Of a DNA stretch of 64,000 nucleotides, positions 1 to 11,182 are shown piece after piece; positions within the stretch are counted from its first letter, which is position 1, and each line of letters starts with the position of its first letter. Source of the DNA: an uncultured Methanomicrobiales archaeon (GTDB lineage: Archaea; Halobacteriota; Methanomicrobia; Methanomicrobiales; Methanospirillaceae); the NCBI GenBank assembly GCA_963697895.1, contig OY969100.1:1440001-1504000 (forward strand). The letters run 5' to 3'. The notes below the pieces were generated by a model, which saw only the letters and a list, made by a program, of their open reading frames with translations, was not told the origin of the DNA and made no database searches. The translations under genes were made by a program, and so were the position numbers.

Positions 1-202
1 GGAGGGGTCCCGGCTCGCTGCCGAGTATAGCCAGATCATAAAAAAATTACAGGAACCGGCGGGTAGCCGGATTCATCTCCTCAAAATGCACTACCGGGGA
101 TCACCGCTCATCATGGTCATCCAGACAGAAAAACCTCTTCCTCCTGTATGGTTTTCCTCGATCGAAGATGATGCGCGGAAAATTTTGAACATATGGCTGT
201 AA
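1..202 (+). CDS. 3' end of a hypothetical protein (partial, runs in from the window edge)
   Basis: Frame 2 is open from base 2 (EGSRLAAEYSQ...ARKILNIWL) to TAA at 200-202; not in the ORF track because it has no start in the window. Confidence 0.6.
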   Translation, partial: EGSRLAAEYSQIIKKLQEPAGSRIHLLKMHYRGSPLIMVIQTEKPLPPVWFSSIEDDARKILNIWL

Positions 203-261
203 CCAAACAGCCCAAATACTATTATAAGAATCTCCCGCGAAACCCTTATACAGGGGTTTCA

Positions 262-1047
262 TTGGTCAGGGTAATCACATTCGCTTCCGGCAAAGGAGGG
301 ACCGGGAAAACCACGGTCACCGTTAACCTGGGCACGAGTCTCGCCCAGCTGGGAAAAAGAACCTATATCATGGATGCTGACATCGGCATGGCCAACCTCG
401 GTCTGATCATCGGACTGGAAAATGTGCCGGTCACTTTGCATGAAGTACTGGCAGGGAAAGCATCCATCAACGAAGCCATATATGATGGTCCGGGGGGCGT
501 AAAAGTCATTCCGAGCGGTATTTCGCTGCAGGGATTCCAACAGGCGAATCCGGAAAAATTACATGATGTATTACAGGAGATTCTGGAACGGTGTGATTTT
601 CTCCTGATAGACGCCCCCGCAGGGATCAGCAGGGATGGTGTCATCCCGCTTGCCGTGGCCGATGAAGTGATCCTGGTTGTAAACCCTGAGTTGTCATCGG
701 TTGTTGATGCTTTAAAGACAAAGATTCTCACAGAGGTTGTTGGCGGGCATGTTATGGGATCGATCATTAACCGTGTCGGAGCAGAAAAGCCCCTGGTCGT
801 CACGGAAAAGATGGAAAAAATACTTGGCGTTCAGGTAATCGGCATTATTCCGGAGGATCCCAATGTCCGGACCGCCGCATCGTATAAAACACCGGTTGTA
901 ATCAAATATCCCTCCTCAAATGCAGCGATCGCACTGAAACGCATCGCCTCCACCGTTGCAGGAGTATCCTGTTCGGAAGCCCAAAAGATGAACACTGAAG
1001 GATTCATCGATCGGTTTGCAAAAGCACTGTTCAGGGGGAGAAAATGA
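262..1047 (+). CDS. minD: Archaeal MinD-family ATPase
   Basis: Deviant Walker A SGKGGTGKTT, DADIGMANL, DAPAG; likely TTG start at 262 after GGGGT (ORF track extends to 193). Confidence 0.92.
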   Translation: MVRVITFASGKGGTGKTTVTVNLGTSLAQLGKRTYIMDADIGMANLGLIIGLENVPVTLHEVLAGKASINEAIYDGPGGVKVIPSGISLQGFQQANPEKLHDVLQEILERCDFLLIDAPAGISRDGVIPLAVADEVILVVNPELSSVVDALKTKILTEVVGGHVMGSIINRVGAEKPLVVTEKMEKILGVQVIGIIPEDPNVRTAASYKTPVVIKYPSSNAAIALKRIASTVAGVSCSEAQKMNTEGFIDRFAKALFRGRK

Positions 1048-1241
1048 CTTCTGAACAATTATTGCTTGTTATTTTCGGGATAATTATCGTAATGCTCATT
1101 TTTCTCGTCTTTATCATGTGGATTCGGATACAACAGCTTCTTGAAGATGTCGAACGGATGGAGCAGAATATTTGTTCAACAACTGCCGACCTTGATCTCC
1201 TATCACATGATGTCGAAGAGATAAAAAAGCTGAAGATCTAG
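1044..1241 (+). CDS. Small single-pass membrane protein with coiled-coil tail
   Basis: ATGA overlap with minD stop; hydrophobic N-terminal helix followed by heptad-like acidic segment. Confidence 0.7.
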   Translation: MTSEQLLLVIFGIIIVMLIFLVFIMWIRIQQLLEDVERMEQNICSTTADLDLLSHDVEEIKKLKI

Positions 1242-1330
1242 AATCATAACCAGCTCACAATATGTGAAGAGATCCAGAATTTGAAAACTGTTTAAAGAAG
1301 AGCAGAGAAAAATGAACGATAAAAAAAAGA

Positions 1331-2461
1331 TTATATCTCTTCTTTCCGGTTTGTGATCTCGAAAACACAATGCGGGTCCCCTTTTGCCCGGCACTTGATC
1401 TCCCTTCCCCTTACCTTGATCCCGAACGCCCCTTCGGTAATGCCTGCGAGCAACCCTGCGGTGCAGAAACAGACATTCTTGCCTGTATTGCCGAATGCTT
1501 CTGACTCTACCGTGTGCTCGAGGGTGATTGTCTTGGTCTTTGCCGCTTCGTTCCAGTCCATCCTGATAATCCGGAACCATCCCATTTGGGAATAGAATGT
1601 AAACGCCATATCGGCAAGATGATTGGGATTGGTTATGCCCATCTTCTTATAGTGTTCGACATTTTCCTTACCCATATCCCAGTATGCCCGGTAGTTGACG
1701 CCCGCGGCGGGCATTTCACCCATCGTTTTTGCCAGGGAAGTCATCATAGAAGTAAAGACGAACCGGGGCATCATGACTACCGGATCATCGATCAGGTTGA
1801 TCTTCCCCACGAGAGGCTTGTGAACGATAAACTCGGTTATTGCAGAATCACCTTTTACAATCGCCTGTGCCTTCCACTTCCAGCTGGCTTCGGTCTGATC
1901 GGCGGCAAACTCGCAGCATTCATCACCGTTTGCATGACATTTTGTTTCGACACAGAACCAGTTTTTTCCGGTAACGGCGGCAAGAACACCCTCGATCCAT
2001 CCGCAATGAATGCCACAGACCGGCATCTTCCAGTCCTTCATCACCTGCGATTCGAAGGTCTGATCGGTGCGGAGCACAATTCTTTTGTCACTCTGCTCCA
2101 CCAGTGTAAATGGCGCCCCCCACCCCTGCTGGTGCTGGAGTTTGAATACCAGCAGCAGGAACTCCGGCGGTGAAAGATTTATCCCCAGTTTCAGCAGGAA
2201 ATTGTAGAGCCCGATAGATCCTAACCCGACCGATCGGAAGAGCTGTGCTGTGGCCTTTACGGCAAGTTTCTTATTGAGATTGGCCTCGTACATCTCAAAG
2301 ATGGCCTTGATCAGATAGTCCGGGTTGCTCGCGGTTCGAACGCCAAAAACGGAAGTTATTCCCTGGAGAGGGTCAATCTCGGTGAAATCGGTGATGTTTT
2401 TCTCGTTCCTGATGATTGCTTCAATGTCGGCCTTATCGATCCTTTTTCCTGACATTTCCAT
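1331..2461 (-). CDS. Tandem V4R (4-vinyl reductase-like) domain protein
   Basis: Two V4R copies: QGWG...CGIHCGWIEG...ETKCHANGDECCEF and QMGW...CFCTAGLLAG...EIKCRAKGDPHCVF. Confidence 0.85.
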   Translation of the reverse strand: MEMSGKRIDKADIEAIIRNEKNITDFTEIDPLQGITSVFGVRTASNPDYLIKAIFEMYEANLNKKLAVKATAQLFRSVGLGSIGLYNFLLKLGINLSPPEFLLLVFKLQHQQGWGAPFTLVEQSDKRIVLRTDQTFESQVMKDWKMPVCGIHCGWIEGVLAAVTGKNWFCVETKCHANGDECCEFAADQTEASWKWKAQAIVKGDSAITEFIVHKPLVGKINLIDDPVVMMPRFVFTSMMTSLAKTMGEMPAAGVNYRAYWDMGKENVEHYKKMGITNPNHLADMAFTFYSQMGWFRIIRMDWNEAAKTKTITLEHTVESEAFGNTGKNVCFCTAGLLAGITEGAFGIKVRGREIKCRAKGDPHCVFEITNRKEEI

Positions 2462-2624
2462 CCTCGATATGAGAATGAGTGTCTGCGTTCATATAAGCGT
2501 AATCCTCTATTCTCGATGTTAATGGAAGAATTTTATCCATTGGCAACCCCGAATATATGAGCAACTTTTCGTTTGAGATTCCGTGCAAAGAGCTCCAGGG
2601 AGTGTTAAATCACTATGTGGACCT

Positions 2625-3265
2625 TCAGATCGCCGGCAATACCGTATCGCTATCGGATATTTCAAGGACAATCCGCGGCGACTGTGGGGTAAATGCAAAT
2701 GTGTACAATCGAATTCGCTGGTCCTTCGATGACACCGTAAATCATACATACCGTGAATCAGCCTGAACGATACCTTTCCGGTTTTATCGGTCACGTCATT
2801 GCCTACCACATGACCCTCGCGACGTATCGATAGATGGACCCCAGGCTGGAGGATGCCCTCCTTCGATACCGTGAGGGTCAATATACCGATTCCACAATTC
2901 TTCTTTCCGATCTGAAAGATCCCTTCCGCCTGAATTGGGTTAAGATGGCTCTTATCAAATATCCTGGTTCGCAGGACGATTCCCTCGATAATTGCACGTT
3001 CGATGACATGGAACTCATACTCTAATCCGGGGTCGAGCTGGAGGGTCGCTTTGTCCCCGACGAGTATACCATGTGAATCGGCAATAAGGGCTCCCTCTGG
3101 ATCGCCGCCGAGAAACAGGAGGAAAGATTCTCTCTTCGGTGTAACTCCGACGCCAATACCATTCAGATTCTGCGATTTTGCAATCTGAACCATATCATGC
3201 AGTACACAGCTCCCGGATGCGTTTGTTTTCCTGACAAGATCCCGTAATACCTCATCTAATTCCAT
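2625..3265 (-). CDS. Hypothetical protein with C-terminal prealbumin/carboxypeptidase-regulatory-like beta domain; probable 1-nt deletion near 2740
   Basis: SD-like GGTGGTGA before ATG 3265; ...VTDKTGKVSFRLIHGMYD continues plausibly in another frame (TVSSKDQRIRLYTFAF...LPAI*, stop 2625); track version ends 2519 with an implausible tail. Confidence 0.6.
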
Positions 3266-3519
3266 TCTCGTTATTCACCACCCGGGTGCATCGAAGGATA
3301 CTGTGGGAGGAATTCTGGAAACCTATCTGCTCCCCCCATTCACAATGTCGATCGTTACAGGAATTTTCGTTACCCGGTATTTAATAATGCACCCATCCCG
3401 CTCACGAGGTTACTTCTCTGCAGATTACAATTTGTGCCATCTTCAACAATCACGAGTGCGCTCCCGCGAGGCAGGAGACATTGAATAATAGGGATAAACG
3501 CACACAGATACTCACACGT

Positions 3520-4305
3520 ATGATTGTTCCCCTGGTAATCGGCACTGTAGCGGTGCTGTTGACGCTTCTTTATGCTTCATACCGGGATATTTGCGAACGG
3601 CGCGTCCCGTTCAGGACATGGTATCCGATGCTGATGGTCGGATTACCTGCTGTTGCCTGGTTTTACGCCTCACTTATCGGAACTGAAGAGGTGCGCCTTT
3701 TCGTCCTTTTTATCGTATTGACTGCAGTTTTTTCCCTAATATTTTACCTCTTTGCTCTTATGCATCTTTTTGGCGGGGCCGATGCATGGGCACTTATCTT
3801 TATCGCACTCTGTATTCCCGCATTTCCCATCGAACCGTATCTGGGGTATTCTCCCACGGGATACTTTCCCCTCACCGTCCTTACCAACGCCGTTCTCCTC
3901 AACCTTATCACCCCGGTCGGTCTCTTTTTAATGAACCTGGTTCTTCGAAACCATGCCCCTTTCCCTTATATGTTCCTTGGTTATCCTGTTCCCGGGGACC
4001 GGATACAGGAAAGTTTCGGGTATGTCATGGAGGATCTGAGCGTTGAAGATGGCAGAATCAACAGGCGATTCATCAGGGTCCGTGATTCGATACGGGGTAT
4101 TCTCTCCGGGAGTGACCGGTTGTATACAAAAGAACTCCGTCTGCATCCTGAAAAGTATACCACTGAGTTATCGCTGTACCGGCAAGCGGGAAAGATATGG
4201 ATATCATATGGCGTGCCATTCATTGTACCAATAACAGCCGGACTGATCACCGCACTCCTGCTGGGGGATGTGCTGGTATGGTTCCTGCTCCTGGTACGAG
4301 GTTAA
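3520..4305 (+). CDS. A24 family prepilin/preflagellin peptidase (FlaK/PibD-like)
   Basis: [11 protein letters not shown] and FGGADAWAL aspartate motifs, multiple TM helices, C-terminal [13 protein letters not shown]. Confidence 0.88.
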   Translation: MIVPLVIGTVAVLLTLLYASYRDICERRVPFRTWYPMLMVGLPAVAWFYASLIGTEEVRLFVLFIVLTAVFSLIFYLFALMHLFGGADAWALIFIALCIPAFPIEPYLGYSPTGYFPLTVLTNAVLLNLITPVGLFLMNLVLRNHAPFPYMFLGYPVPGDRIQESFGYVMEDLSVEDGRINRRFIRVRDSIRGILSGSDRLYTKELRLHPEKYTTELSLYRQAGKIWISYGVPFIVPITAGLITALLLGDVLVWFLLLVRG

Positions 4306-4309
4306 AACA

Positions 4310-4681
4310 ATGATACACCTGCAGTATTCCGATTCGCTGATCCCGGTCATTGTTCAGGATGAGTGCACCAAGGAGGTGCTGATGCTCGCATATGCCAACG
4401 AGAGGGCAGTGACGCTTACCCGGGAGACGGGTTATGCACACTATTTCAGCCGTAGCAGAAGAAAGATCTGGAAGAAGGGTGAAGAGAGTGGGAACCTGCA
4501 GCGGGTTGTTCGTATCCTTGTCGACTGCGACGAGGACTGCCTTCTTTATGAAGTGGTGCAGATCGGTGGTGCTGCATGTCATACAGGGTATCGAACGTGT
4601 TTTTACCGCACCCTTGAGGGCAATATCGTATCTGAAAAGGTCTTTGATCCTTCCATGGTATATGCTAATAAAGGTCAATGA
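4310..4681 (+). CDS. hisI: Phosphoribosyl-AMP cyclohydrolase
   Basis: SRSR...[25 protein letters not shown] motifs. Confidence 0.96.
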   Translation: MIHLQYSDSLIPVIVQDECTKEVLMLAYANERAVTLTRETGYAHYFSRSRRKIWKKGEESGNLQRVVRILVDCDEDCLLYEVVQIGGAACHTGYRTCFYRTLEGNIVSEKVFDPSMVYANKGQ

Positions 4682-4705
4682 CCATTACATAACTGGTGAT
4701 ATTTT

Positions 4706-6589
4706 TTGAAATTGGTACCGGATACAAGCGTCGTTATCGACGGCCGCATCACCTCAATGATAAAAACCGGTGAATATAATGGTGCATCAATAATTATTCC
4801 CGAGGCGGTGATTGCCGAACTCGAAGCACAGGCCAACCAGGGAAGAGAGATCGGCTTTTCCGGCCTCACTGAGCTCCAGTCTCTCTGTAAACTCGCTGAT
4901 GAGGGTACGATTCAATTATCCTTTGTCGGCGTCAGACCTACCCTTGAACAGGTCAAACTTGCCAGCGGTGGCGAGATTGATGCACTGATCCGGAATGCAG
5001 CGATAGAAAATGATGCGCAATTTATTACGAGCGATATCGTACAGGCTGAGGTGGCCAAGGCAAAGGGGCTCGATGTCCTCTATCTCAAGCCCCAGATCGG
5101 TGACTATACTCCCCTGGGAATCGACCAGTTCTTCGATGAACATACAATCGCAGTCTACCTGAAGGAACGCGTACCGCCGGTTGCAAAAAAGGGAACTATC
5201 AAGGAGATGCGCCTTGTCAGAATACGCGAGCAGCCCGCGAACGAATACGAGTTGCGCGATCTTGCGCAGGAGATCCTGGAACGGGCAAAACGCGACCCGG
5301 ATGGATTCATCGAGGTTGAGAAAAGGGGCATTACGGTTGTTCAGATCGGCTCCATGCGAATTGCCATTGCCCGGCGGCCATTCAGTGACGGAATGGAGAT
5401 CACGGCTGTACGGCCAATTGTCGACATAAGCCTCGAGGACTATGCAAAGGCGAACGTCATTAAGAACCGTATCGTCGGTGATAAGAGAGGTCTGCTCATT
5501 GCAGGACCTCCCGGGGGGGGTAAAAGTACGCTCGCCCAGGGTGTAGGCACGTATCTGGCGGATCATGGTTTTATCGTCAAGACCATGGAATCCCCCCGTG
5601 AGCTTCAGGTTCCGGATCATATTACCCAGTATACCACACTGGAAGGGAGCATGCAGAATACTGCAGATATCCTCATGCTTGTCCGGCCAGACTTTGTAAT
5701 CTTTGACGAAATCCGAAAAAATGAAGATTTTCGTGTTTTTGGAGATATGAGGCTCGCCGGGATCGGTATGATCGGGGTACTTCATGCAGTCGGACCGCAG
5801 GATGCACTGCAGCGATTTTCTGATAGGATAGATTTCGGTGTACTTCCCCAGATCATTCAGACCATTATCTTCGTGGACAAAGGGGAGATCAGAAATATCT
5901 ATGAGATCGGCTTCACCATCAAAGTCCCTGAAGGCATGTCCAACCAGATGCATCTCTGTCCGGTCACGACCATTCAGGATTATGAGACCGGAGAGCTTGT
6001 CTTCGAGATCTTCAAATATGACTCGGAGACGATTGTGATGCCGGTCATGCACCCTGGAGTGATTGGAGCTCCCTTGAAGACTCCGGCCGTTCCGAAAGAG
6101 GAGGAAGAGAGTTCGTCCTGGAAGATCACCGAGAAGGAGATCCAGCGGGAGATCGGTCGGTATACCGAGGGGTACGTTGACGTCCACATGCTGAATGATA
6201 ATAAAGCGGTCGTTTATATCGAAGATAAAGACGTTCCGGCAGCGATCGGAAAAGGTGGGAAGAATATAGCCGCGATCGTGAACAAAGTAGGAATCGGGAT
6301 CGATATCAGGCCACGAAGCGAACTTGAAAAACAACCCGCAGCACCGCAATCCGAGGAAGAATTAGCGTTGGGTGGCGGGATAAAGATCCGGATGGATAAG
6401 AAACAACTCTCCATCATCTGTCCTGAACTTTCCGGCAAAATCGTGGACGTTTTTGCCGGAAAAGAATACCTGTTCACGGCAACGGTGAACGAGAGCGGGG
6501 AGATACACCTCGCAAAAAACAGCACTATTGCACAGGAGATGATCCGGCGGTACAATGCAGGAGACCCGATTCGGTTACGACCTGTATAA
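4706..6589 (+). CDS. PIN-domain ATPase with KH domain (PINA/PilT-family ATPase)
   Basis: N-terminal PIN (VPDTSVVIDG), Walker A GPPGGGKST, FDEIR, KH motif IGKGGKNI. Confidence 0.9.
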   Translation: MKLVPDTSVVIDGRITSMIKTGEYNGASIIIPEAVIAELEAQANQGREIGFSGLTELQSLCKLADEGTIQLSFVGVRPTLEQVKLASGGEIDALIRNAAIENDAQFITSDIVQAEVAKAKGLDVLYLKPQIGDYTPLGIDQFFDEHTIAVYLKERVPPVAKKGTIKEMRLVRIREQPANEYELRDLAQEILERAKRDPDGFIEVEKRGITVVQIGSMRIAIARRPFSDGMEITAVRPIVDISLEDYAKANVIKNRIVGDKRGLLIAGPPGGGKSTLAQGVGTYLADHGFIVKTMESPRELQVPDHITQYTTLEGSMQNTADILMLVRPDFVIFDEIRKNEDFRVFGDMRLAGIGMIGVLHAVGPQDALQRFSDRIDFGVLPQIIQTIIFVDKGEIRNIYEIGFTIKVPEGMSNQMHLCPVTTIQDYETGELVFEIFKYDSETIVMPVMHPGVIGAPLKTPAVPKEEEESSSWKITEKEIQREIGRYTEGYVDVHMLNDNKAVVYIEDKDVPAAIGKGGKNIAAIVNKVGIGIDIRPRSELEKQPAAPQSEEELALGGGIKIRMDKKQLSIICPELSGKIVDVFAGKEYLFTATVNESGEIHLAKNSTIAQEMIRRYNAGDPIRLRPV

Positions 6590-6638
6590 GGCTGAAAGTC
6601 TCCCCAAAAAGACGGCTCAAATTGGAGGGTGAAGAAGA

Positions 6639-9420
6639 GTGAGCGGAATCAATATGCGGGAACTTGAAAATGAGGCTGCAACCCGGTGGGAGCATGTTTT
6701 CGAGTCAGACCCATCGAATCGTGAGAAATGGTACCTGACGGTCGCATATCCGTATCCAAGCGGGGCAATGCATGTCGGCCACGGGCGCACCTATATTGTC
6801 CCCGATGTAATCGCACGTTTCTGGAGAATGAAGGGTTATCAAGTGCTGTACCCGATGGCTTTCCATGTAACCGGTGCACCAGTCATTGGTATTTCGAAAC
6901 GAATCGCCCGGGGTGACGAAAAAGCGATCCATCTCTATCGGGATCTGTACAAAGTTCCTCCAGATGTTTTGGAACAATTTGTGGACCCACTCGCGATTGT
7001 CCGTCATTTCAGCGATGAATATGAGCGGGTAATGAAGAGCTGCGGTCTCTCCATCGACTGGAGGCGCAGGTTTACCACGGTCGATCCGCAATACAGCAAG
7101 TTCATTGAATGGCAATGGAAACATCTGTATTCCGGGGGTCACGTATTAAAAGGAGCCCACCCTGTCCGATACTGTCCACAGTGCGAAAATCCGGTAGGTG
7201 ATCATGACCTGCTGGAAGGGGACAAAGCGGAGATTCTGAAATTCACCCTGGTCATGTTCCGGTTTGGGGACGCACTCATTCCAACCGCAACCTTACGGCC
7301 GGAGACCATTTACGGGGTGACAAACCTCTGGATTAATCCCGGGGTTTTATATGTCCGTGCCCGGGTTGACGGAAATGAATGGATCCTATCCCGCCAGGCA
7401 GCTGAAAAGCTCAGCTTTACAGGACCATCGAATTGAAATTATCGGGGAAATGGATGGAAAAGCCCTGATAGATTGTACCGTGTACCACCCTCTTTGTGGG
7501 GAAGTACCGATCCTGCCGGCTACCTTCGTTGACCCGGATATGGCAAGTGGTATTGTCATGAGCGTCCCCGCCCATGCTCCTTTTGATTATATCGCTCTCC
7601 GGGATCTTCAGGAGAAAGGGTTTAACCGGGAGATAAAGCCGATTCCCCTTATCCGGGTCGAGGGTTATGGCACGATTCCTGCACAGGACGCAGTGGAACG
7701 GGCAGGTATACGGGACCAGAATGACCCACGAATGGAGAAGCTCACCCAGGAGGTCTACGCCACCGAATTTTCGAGGGGAAAGCTATTGGATCAGTATGGA
7801 GGTGAGCCAGTACGAACGGCACGGAATACCGTCGGGGAGCTTTTAACCAGAAAGTATTGTTCGATCGAGATGTTAGAATTCGATACCCGATCTGTTGTCT
7901 GCCGATGCGGGGGAAAGGTATTTGTCAAGATACTCCACGACCAGTGGTTCCTCCAGTATAGCGATCCGAACTGGAAACAGGAGGTTGCCGGGCAGTTGAA
8001 GACGATGACGCTGGTCCCCCCTGAGGTCCGGGCCGAATTTGAACGCACAATCGACTGGCTGAATGATTGGGCATGCACCCGCCGAGTCGGTCTCGGTACG
8101 CGCCTCCCATGGGATCCCGACTGGTTGATAGAGCCATTGAGCGATTCCACAATATACATGGCGTATTATACCATTGCTCACCGAATAAGAAATTTCGCTC
8201 CTGAACTGCTGACCCCGGCGGTATTTGATTATATATTCCTCGGCATGGGCTCCCCGGATCTGCCCGATAAGGAAGATCTCGCCGATATCCGATCAGAATT
8301 CCTTTACTGGTATCCGTATAATTTTCGGTTCTCCGCCAAAGATCTGATATCCAATCATCTCACGTTCCAGCTCTTCCATCATGTAGCCATTTTCCCGAAG
8401 CAGTGTCTTCCGAAGGGGATGGTAGTTTTTGGTATGGGCCTCCTCAACGGTGCCAAAATGTCATCGAGTAAAGGGAACGTCTTTCTCCTGGAAGATGCCG
8501 TTGCCGAATTCGGTGCAGACACGGTACGGATGTTCCTCGTCGGGAGCGCCGAACCCTGGCAGGATTTTGACTGGCGGAATGAACTTGTTTCTTCAACGAA
8601 AAAACAGATCGAACGGTTCTGGAATACAGTTAAGGAGGATATGCAGGCCGTTGGTGAGAAAAGAGACATCGACCGGTGGTTGATCTCCCGTCTTCAGTCC
8701 CATGTGGAGATGGCGACCGATGCGATGGAACATTTCCAGACCCGTCAGGCACTTCAGGAGTCATTATTTGCGATCGAATCTGACCTGAAATGGTACCGCA
8801 GGCGGCTTCCTGCCGGTTCCACCGGGAGCGAACTCCTTCGCTCACTCTGTTCCGTCTGGGTGCGTCTGCTCGCCCCCATTATTCCTTTTACTTGTGAACG
8901 GCTCTGGCGCGAACTGGGAGAGGAGGGTCTGGTATCTTTTGCAGCCTGGCCCGTCGCCGACACCAATATGAAAGACCCGGGGATCGAACTTGCCGAGGAA
9001 CTTCTATTCCGTACGGTGGAAGATATCGAATCCATCGAGAAGATCATCCAGTTCACCCCTTCAGCGATAACCATCCTGATAGCACCTTTGTGGAAAAGGC
9101 AGATATTCAAAAAGATTGCAGAAACATCGGATAAAACTTCAATCATTAAGGAAATTATGAGAGATCCGGAGATGCGATCAAGAGGAAAGGAGGCGATACG
9201 GATCGCCCGCCAGTGTACGACCCTGATCCACCGCCTCCCCCCTCAGCTGGTTGATCTTCTGGTAAGTGACAGCCTGAATGAGAAAGACATGTTTAATCGG
9301 GCACGAGGGTTCCTCGAAAAAGAGTTCGGAGTCCCGGTAAGTATCGTTGACGCTGACATGAGTACGCAGGCAAAGGCAGATTCAGCCCTCCCATTCAAGC
9401 CGGCAATTGTTATTGAGTGA
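6639..9420 (+). CDS. leuS: Leucyl-tRNA synthetase, split by a 1-nt insertion near 7413-7418 (about 926 aa when corrected)
   Basis: [11 protein letters not shown] in ORF 6639-7436; KMSSSKGN in ORF 7351-9420; the two frames join on removal of one base. Confidence 0.95.
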
Positions 9421-9428
9421 TCGTAACC

Positions 9429-9740
9429 TCATTCAATACTTTTTGATTTTTTGACCCGTTCTTTTGTGGTATAGCCTGTCACCACATCCAGGAAACGCCT
9501 GTACCGTCGGTTGGTGTCGAGGATCTGTGCATCATCGGCATCCCTGTTCGATTCTGTTCTTACGCGGATGCTCTTCCCATCGGCACCGACAGATACATCA
9601 AGGAGCCCGAGCGCTCCATAGCTGATCTGGTAATGGTCATTCATCCGCTGCGGCTCTGTCTCAAAGATCTGGCGGATTCCGTTCGCAACGGATTCTTCCA
9701 GTCCCTTTGTATATCCCCGCTTTACCGGATACTCTTGCAT
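9429..9740 (-). CDS. Conserved archaeal hypothetical protein (DUF5611-like)
   Basis: MQEYPVKRG start and RRFLDVVTGYTTKERVKK C-terminus, typical of this family. Confidence 0.75.
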   Translation of the reverse strand: MQEYPVKRGYTKGLEESVANGIRQIFETEPQRMNDHYQISYGALGLLDVSVGADGKSIRVRTESNRDADDAQILDTNRRYRRFLDVVTGYTTKERVKKSKSIE

Positions 9741-9774
9741 AATACTTTTTAGGTTGGCGCGATATGTTAAACTA

Positions 9775-10506
9775 ATGTCACCAGAACCAATGGGAGATAT
9801 AAAGATCCTTTCGAAGCCTTTGCAGGCCAAAGGTTCCTCCGTGCTGATGGGTTTCCCCGGGAGCGGACTTGTCGGGAGTATTGCTCTTGCCTACATGGTC
9901 GAACAGATGGAGTTTGAATTGATCGGCAGCATAACCAGCAAATACTTTCCGCCGCTTGCGATGATGAACAGGGGGGTGATCAATGTACCGGTGAGGCTGT
10001 ATGAAAAAGATAAAATTGCCGCAGTCGTTGCCGATATTCCGATACACCCCATGATATGCTACGAGGTATCGAATGGTATCCTTGACTGGCTGGAGCCCTT
10101 CAAAGTAAAAGAAGTTGTAACTATTGCGGGTATTATAACCAATGAATCAGAAAAACGTGTATTTGGGGTTGCCACGACGGATCAATCGCTGCCCCGGATC
10201 CAGGATTCTACGATCATACTGCCCGTCGGGAGTATTTCTGGTATCGCAAGCAGTATTATGACGGAATGCAAGATCCGAAACATCGCCGCATTCGGACTTC
10301 TGGGAGAGACCATTAATGCGCCGGATCCGCGGGCGGCTGCGGCAACGATCGATGTCCTGAATAAGATGTATAAAATGGACCTCGATGTAAAGCCCCTTCT
10401 TGAACAGGCAGAGGAGATCGAAGCGACCATGCACAAACTCGCCGAGCAGGTGCAGACTGCTGAGACCATGCCGAAGAAAGAACAGCAGCTCCCGATGTAC
10501 GGGTGA
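9775..10506 (+). CDS. Proteasome assembly chaperone (PAC2 family, Pba-like)
   Basis: GFPGSGLVGSIA, PDPRAAA, C-terminal HbYX motif MYG. Confidence 0.9.
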   Translation: MSPEPMGDIKILSKPLQAKGSSVLMGFPGSGLVGSIALAYMVEQMEFELIGSITSKYFPPLAMMNRGVINVPVRLYEKDKIAAVVADIPIHPMICYEVSNGILDWLEPFKVKEVVTIAGIITNESEKRVFGVATTDQSLPRIQDSTIILPVGSISGIASSIMTECKIRNIAAFGLLGETINAPDPRAAAATIDVLNKMYKMDLDVKPLLEQAEEIEATMHKLAEQVQTAETMPKKEQQLPMYG

Positions 10507-10904
10507 TAAAGATGCAATGCGTCGCGCTAACCGGAATCGCTCCCGAAGTGATACGGGAGATCAAACAGGGAAGGCCACGAACGTTGGATCTTCAGAGTAC
10601 TCACAATGTGGTAACACTCGCCGGGATAAATCCGGGACAGGCGGTATTTATGACTTCGACCGATATGGAGGACCTTTCCCCGGGAGATTCAGGGATCATT
10701 GCCGAGGTGCTGGCGGTCAGCATTACCATGAAGCGAATCGTGGAGTTCGCCCAAGGGCTCCACTATGAAGAACGCGAGCGGGTATCGGCCCGGATAAAAG
10801 TGAAAATAAACTGTAATTCATCCGTTAAATCCGTTGCCCGTGAGGGATGGGCTGAGCCACTAACCGTTGACGTTGTAAAATGCTCCTGTTATCAGGCAGG
10901 ATAA
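10503..10904 (+). CDS. DUF473-family protein
   Basis: ALTGIAPEVI...RTLDLQSTHN...VFMTS pattern; GTGA overlap with upstream gene. Confidence 0.75.
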   Translation: MIKMQCVALTGIAPEVIREIKQGRPRTLDLQSTHNVVTLAGINPGQAVFMTSTDMEDLSPGDSGIIAEVLAVSITMKRIVEFAQGLHYEERERVSARIKVKINCNSSVKSVAREGWAEPLTVDVVKCSCYQAG

Positions 10905-11033
10905 TCCTTCCTCCCTGATTGCCGATCAATAGGGTGAAATTATCATTTTTTTAATGATAATTCATGCCAGGCCAAAACAGACACTTTAACGATAGTTAAT
11001 TAACCATCCGGGCTCATACTTTATCCTTGCGCA

Positions 11034-11108
11034 GGGCTTGTGGCTTAGCTTGGATAGAGCGCCGGGCTTCTAACCCGGATGTCGGGGGTTCGAATCCCCC
11101 CAGGCCCG
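11034..11108 (+). tRNA. tRNA-Arg(TCT)
   Basis: GGGCTTG/CAGGCCC acceptor stem, CCGGG-CT-TCT-AA-CCCGG anticodon arm, GTTCGAATCC T arm. Confidence 0.96.
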
Positions 11109-11182
11109 TTCACCAGGAAGATCTGATAACGGCAAACTAGGGAATTTATCCAGCAGCTCTCCTGAACATTCCTAGGGAAAAA

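Noticed and set aside
4916-6349. Long antisense ORFs (477 aa here; also 29818-30669 and 28915-29613)
   Set aside because: They shadow well-conserved genes on the opposite strand and have no recognisable motifs.
7351-7436. Naturally split or programmed-frameshift leuS (likewise rpoA1 at 13400)
   Set aside because: No SD or credible start for the second part, no shared slippery motif, and removing one base restores normal-length proteins; consistent with the window-wide indel error rate.
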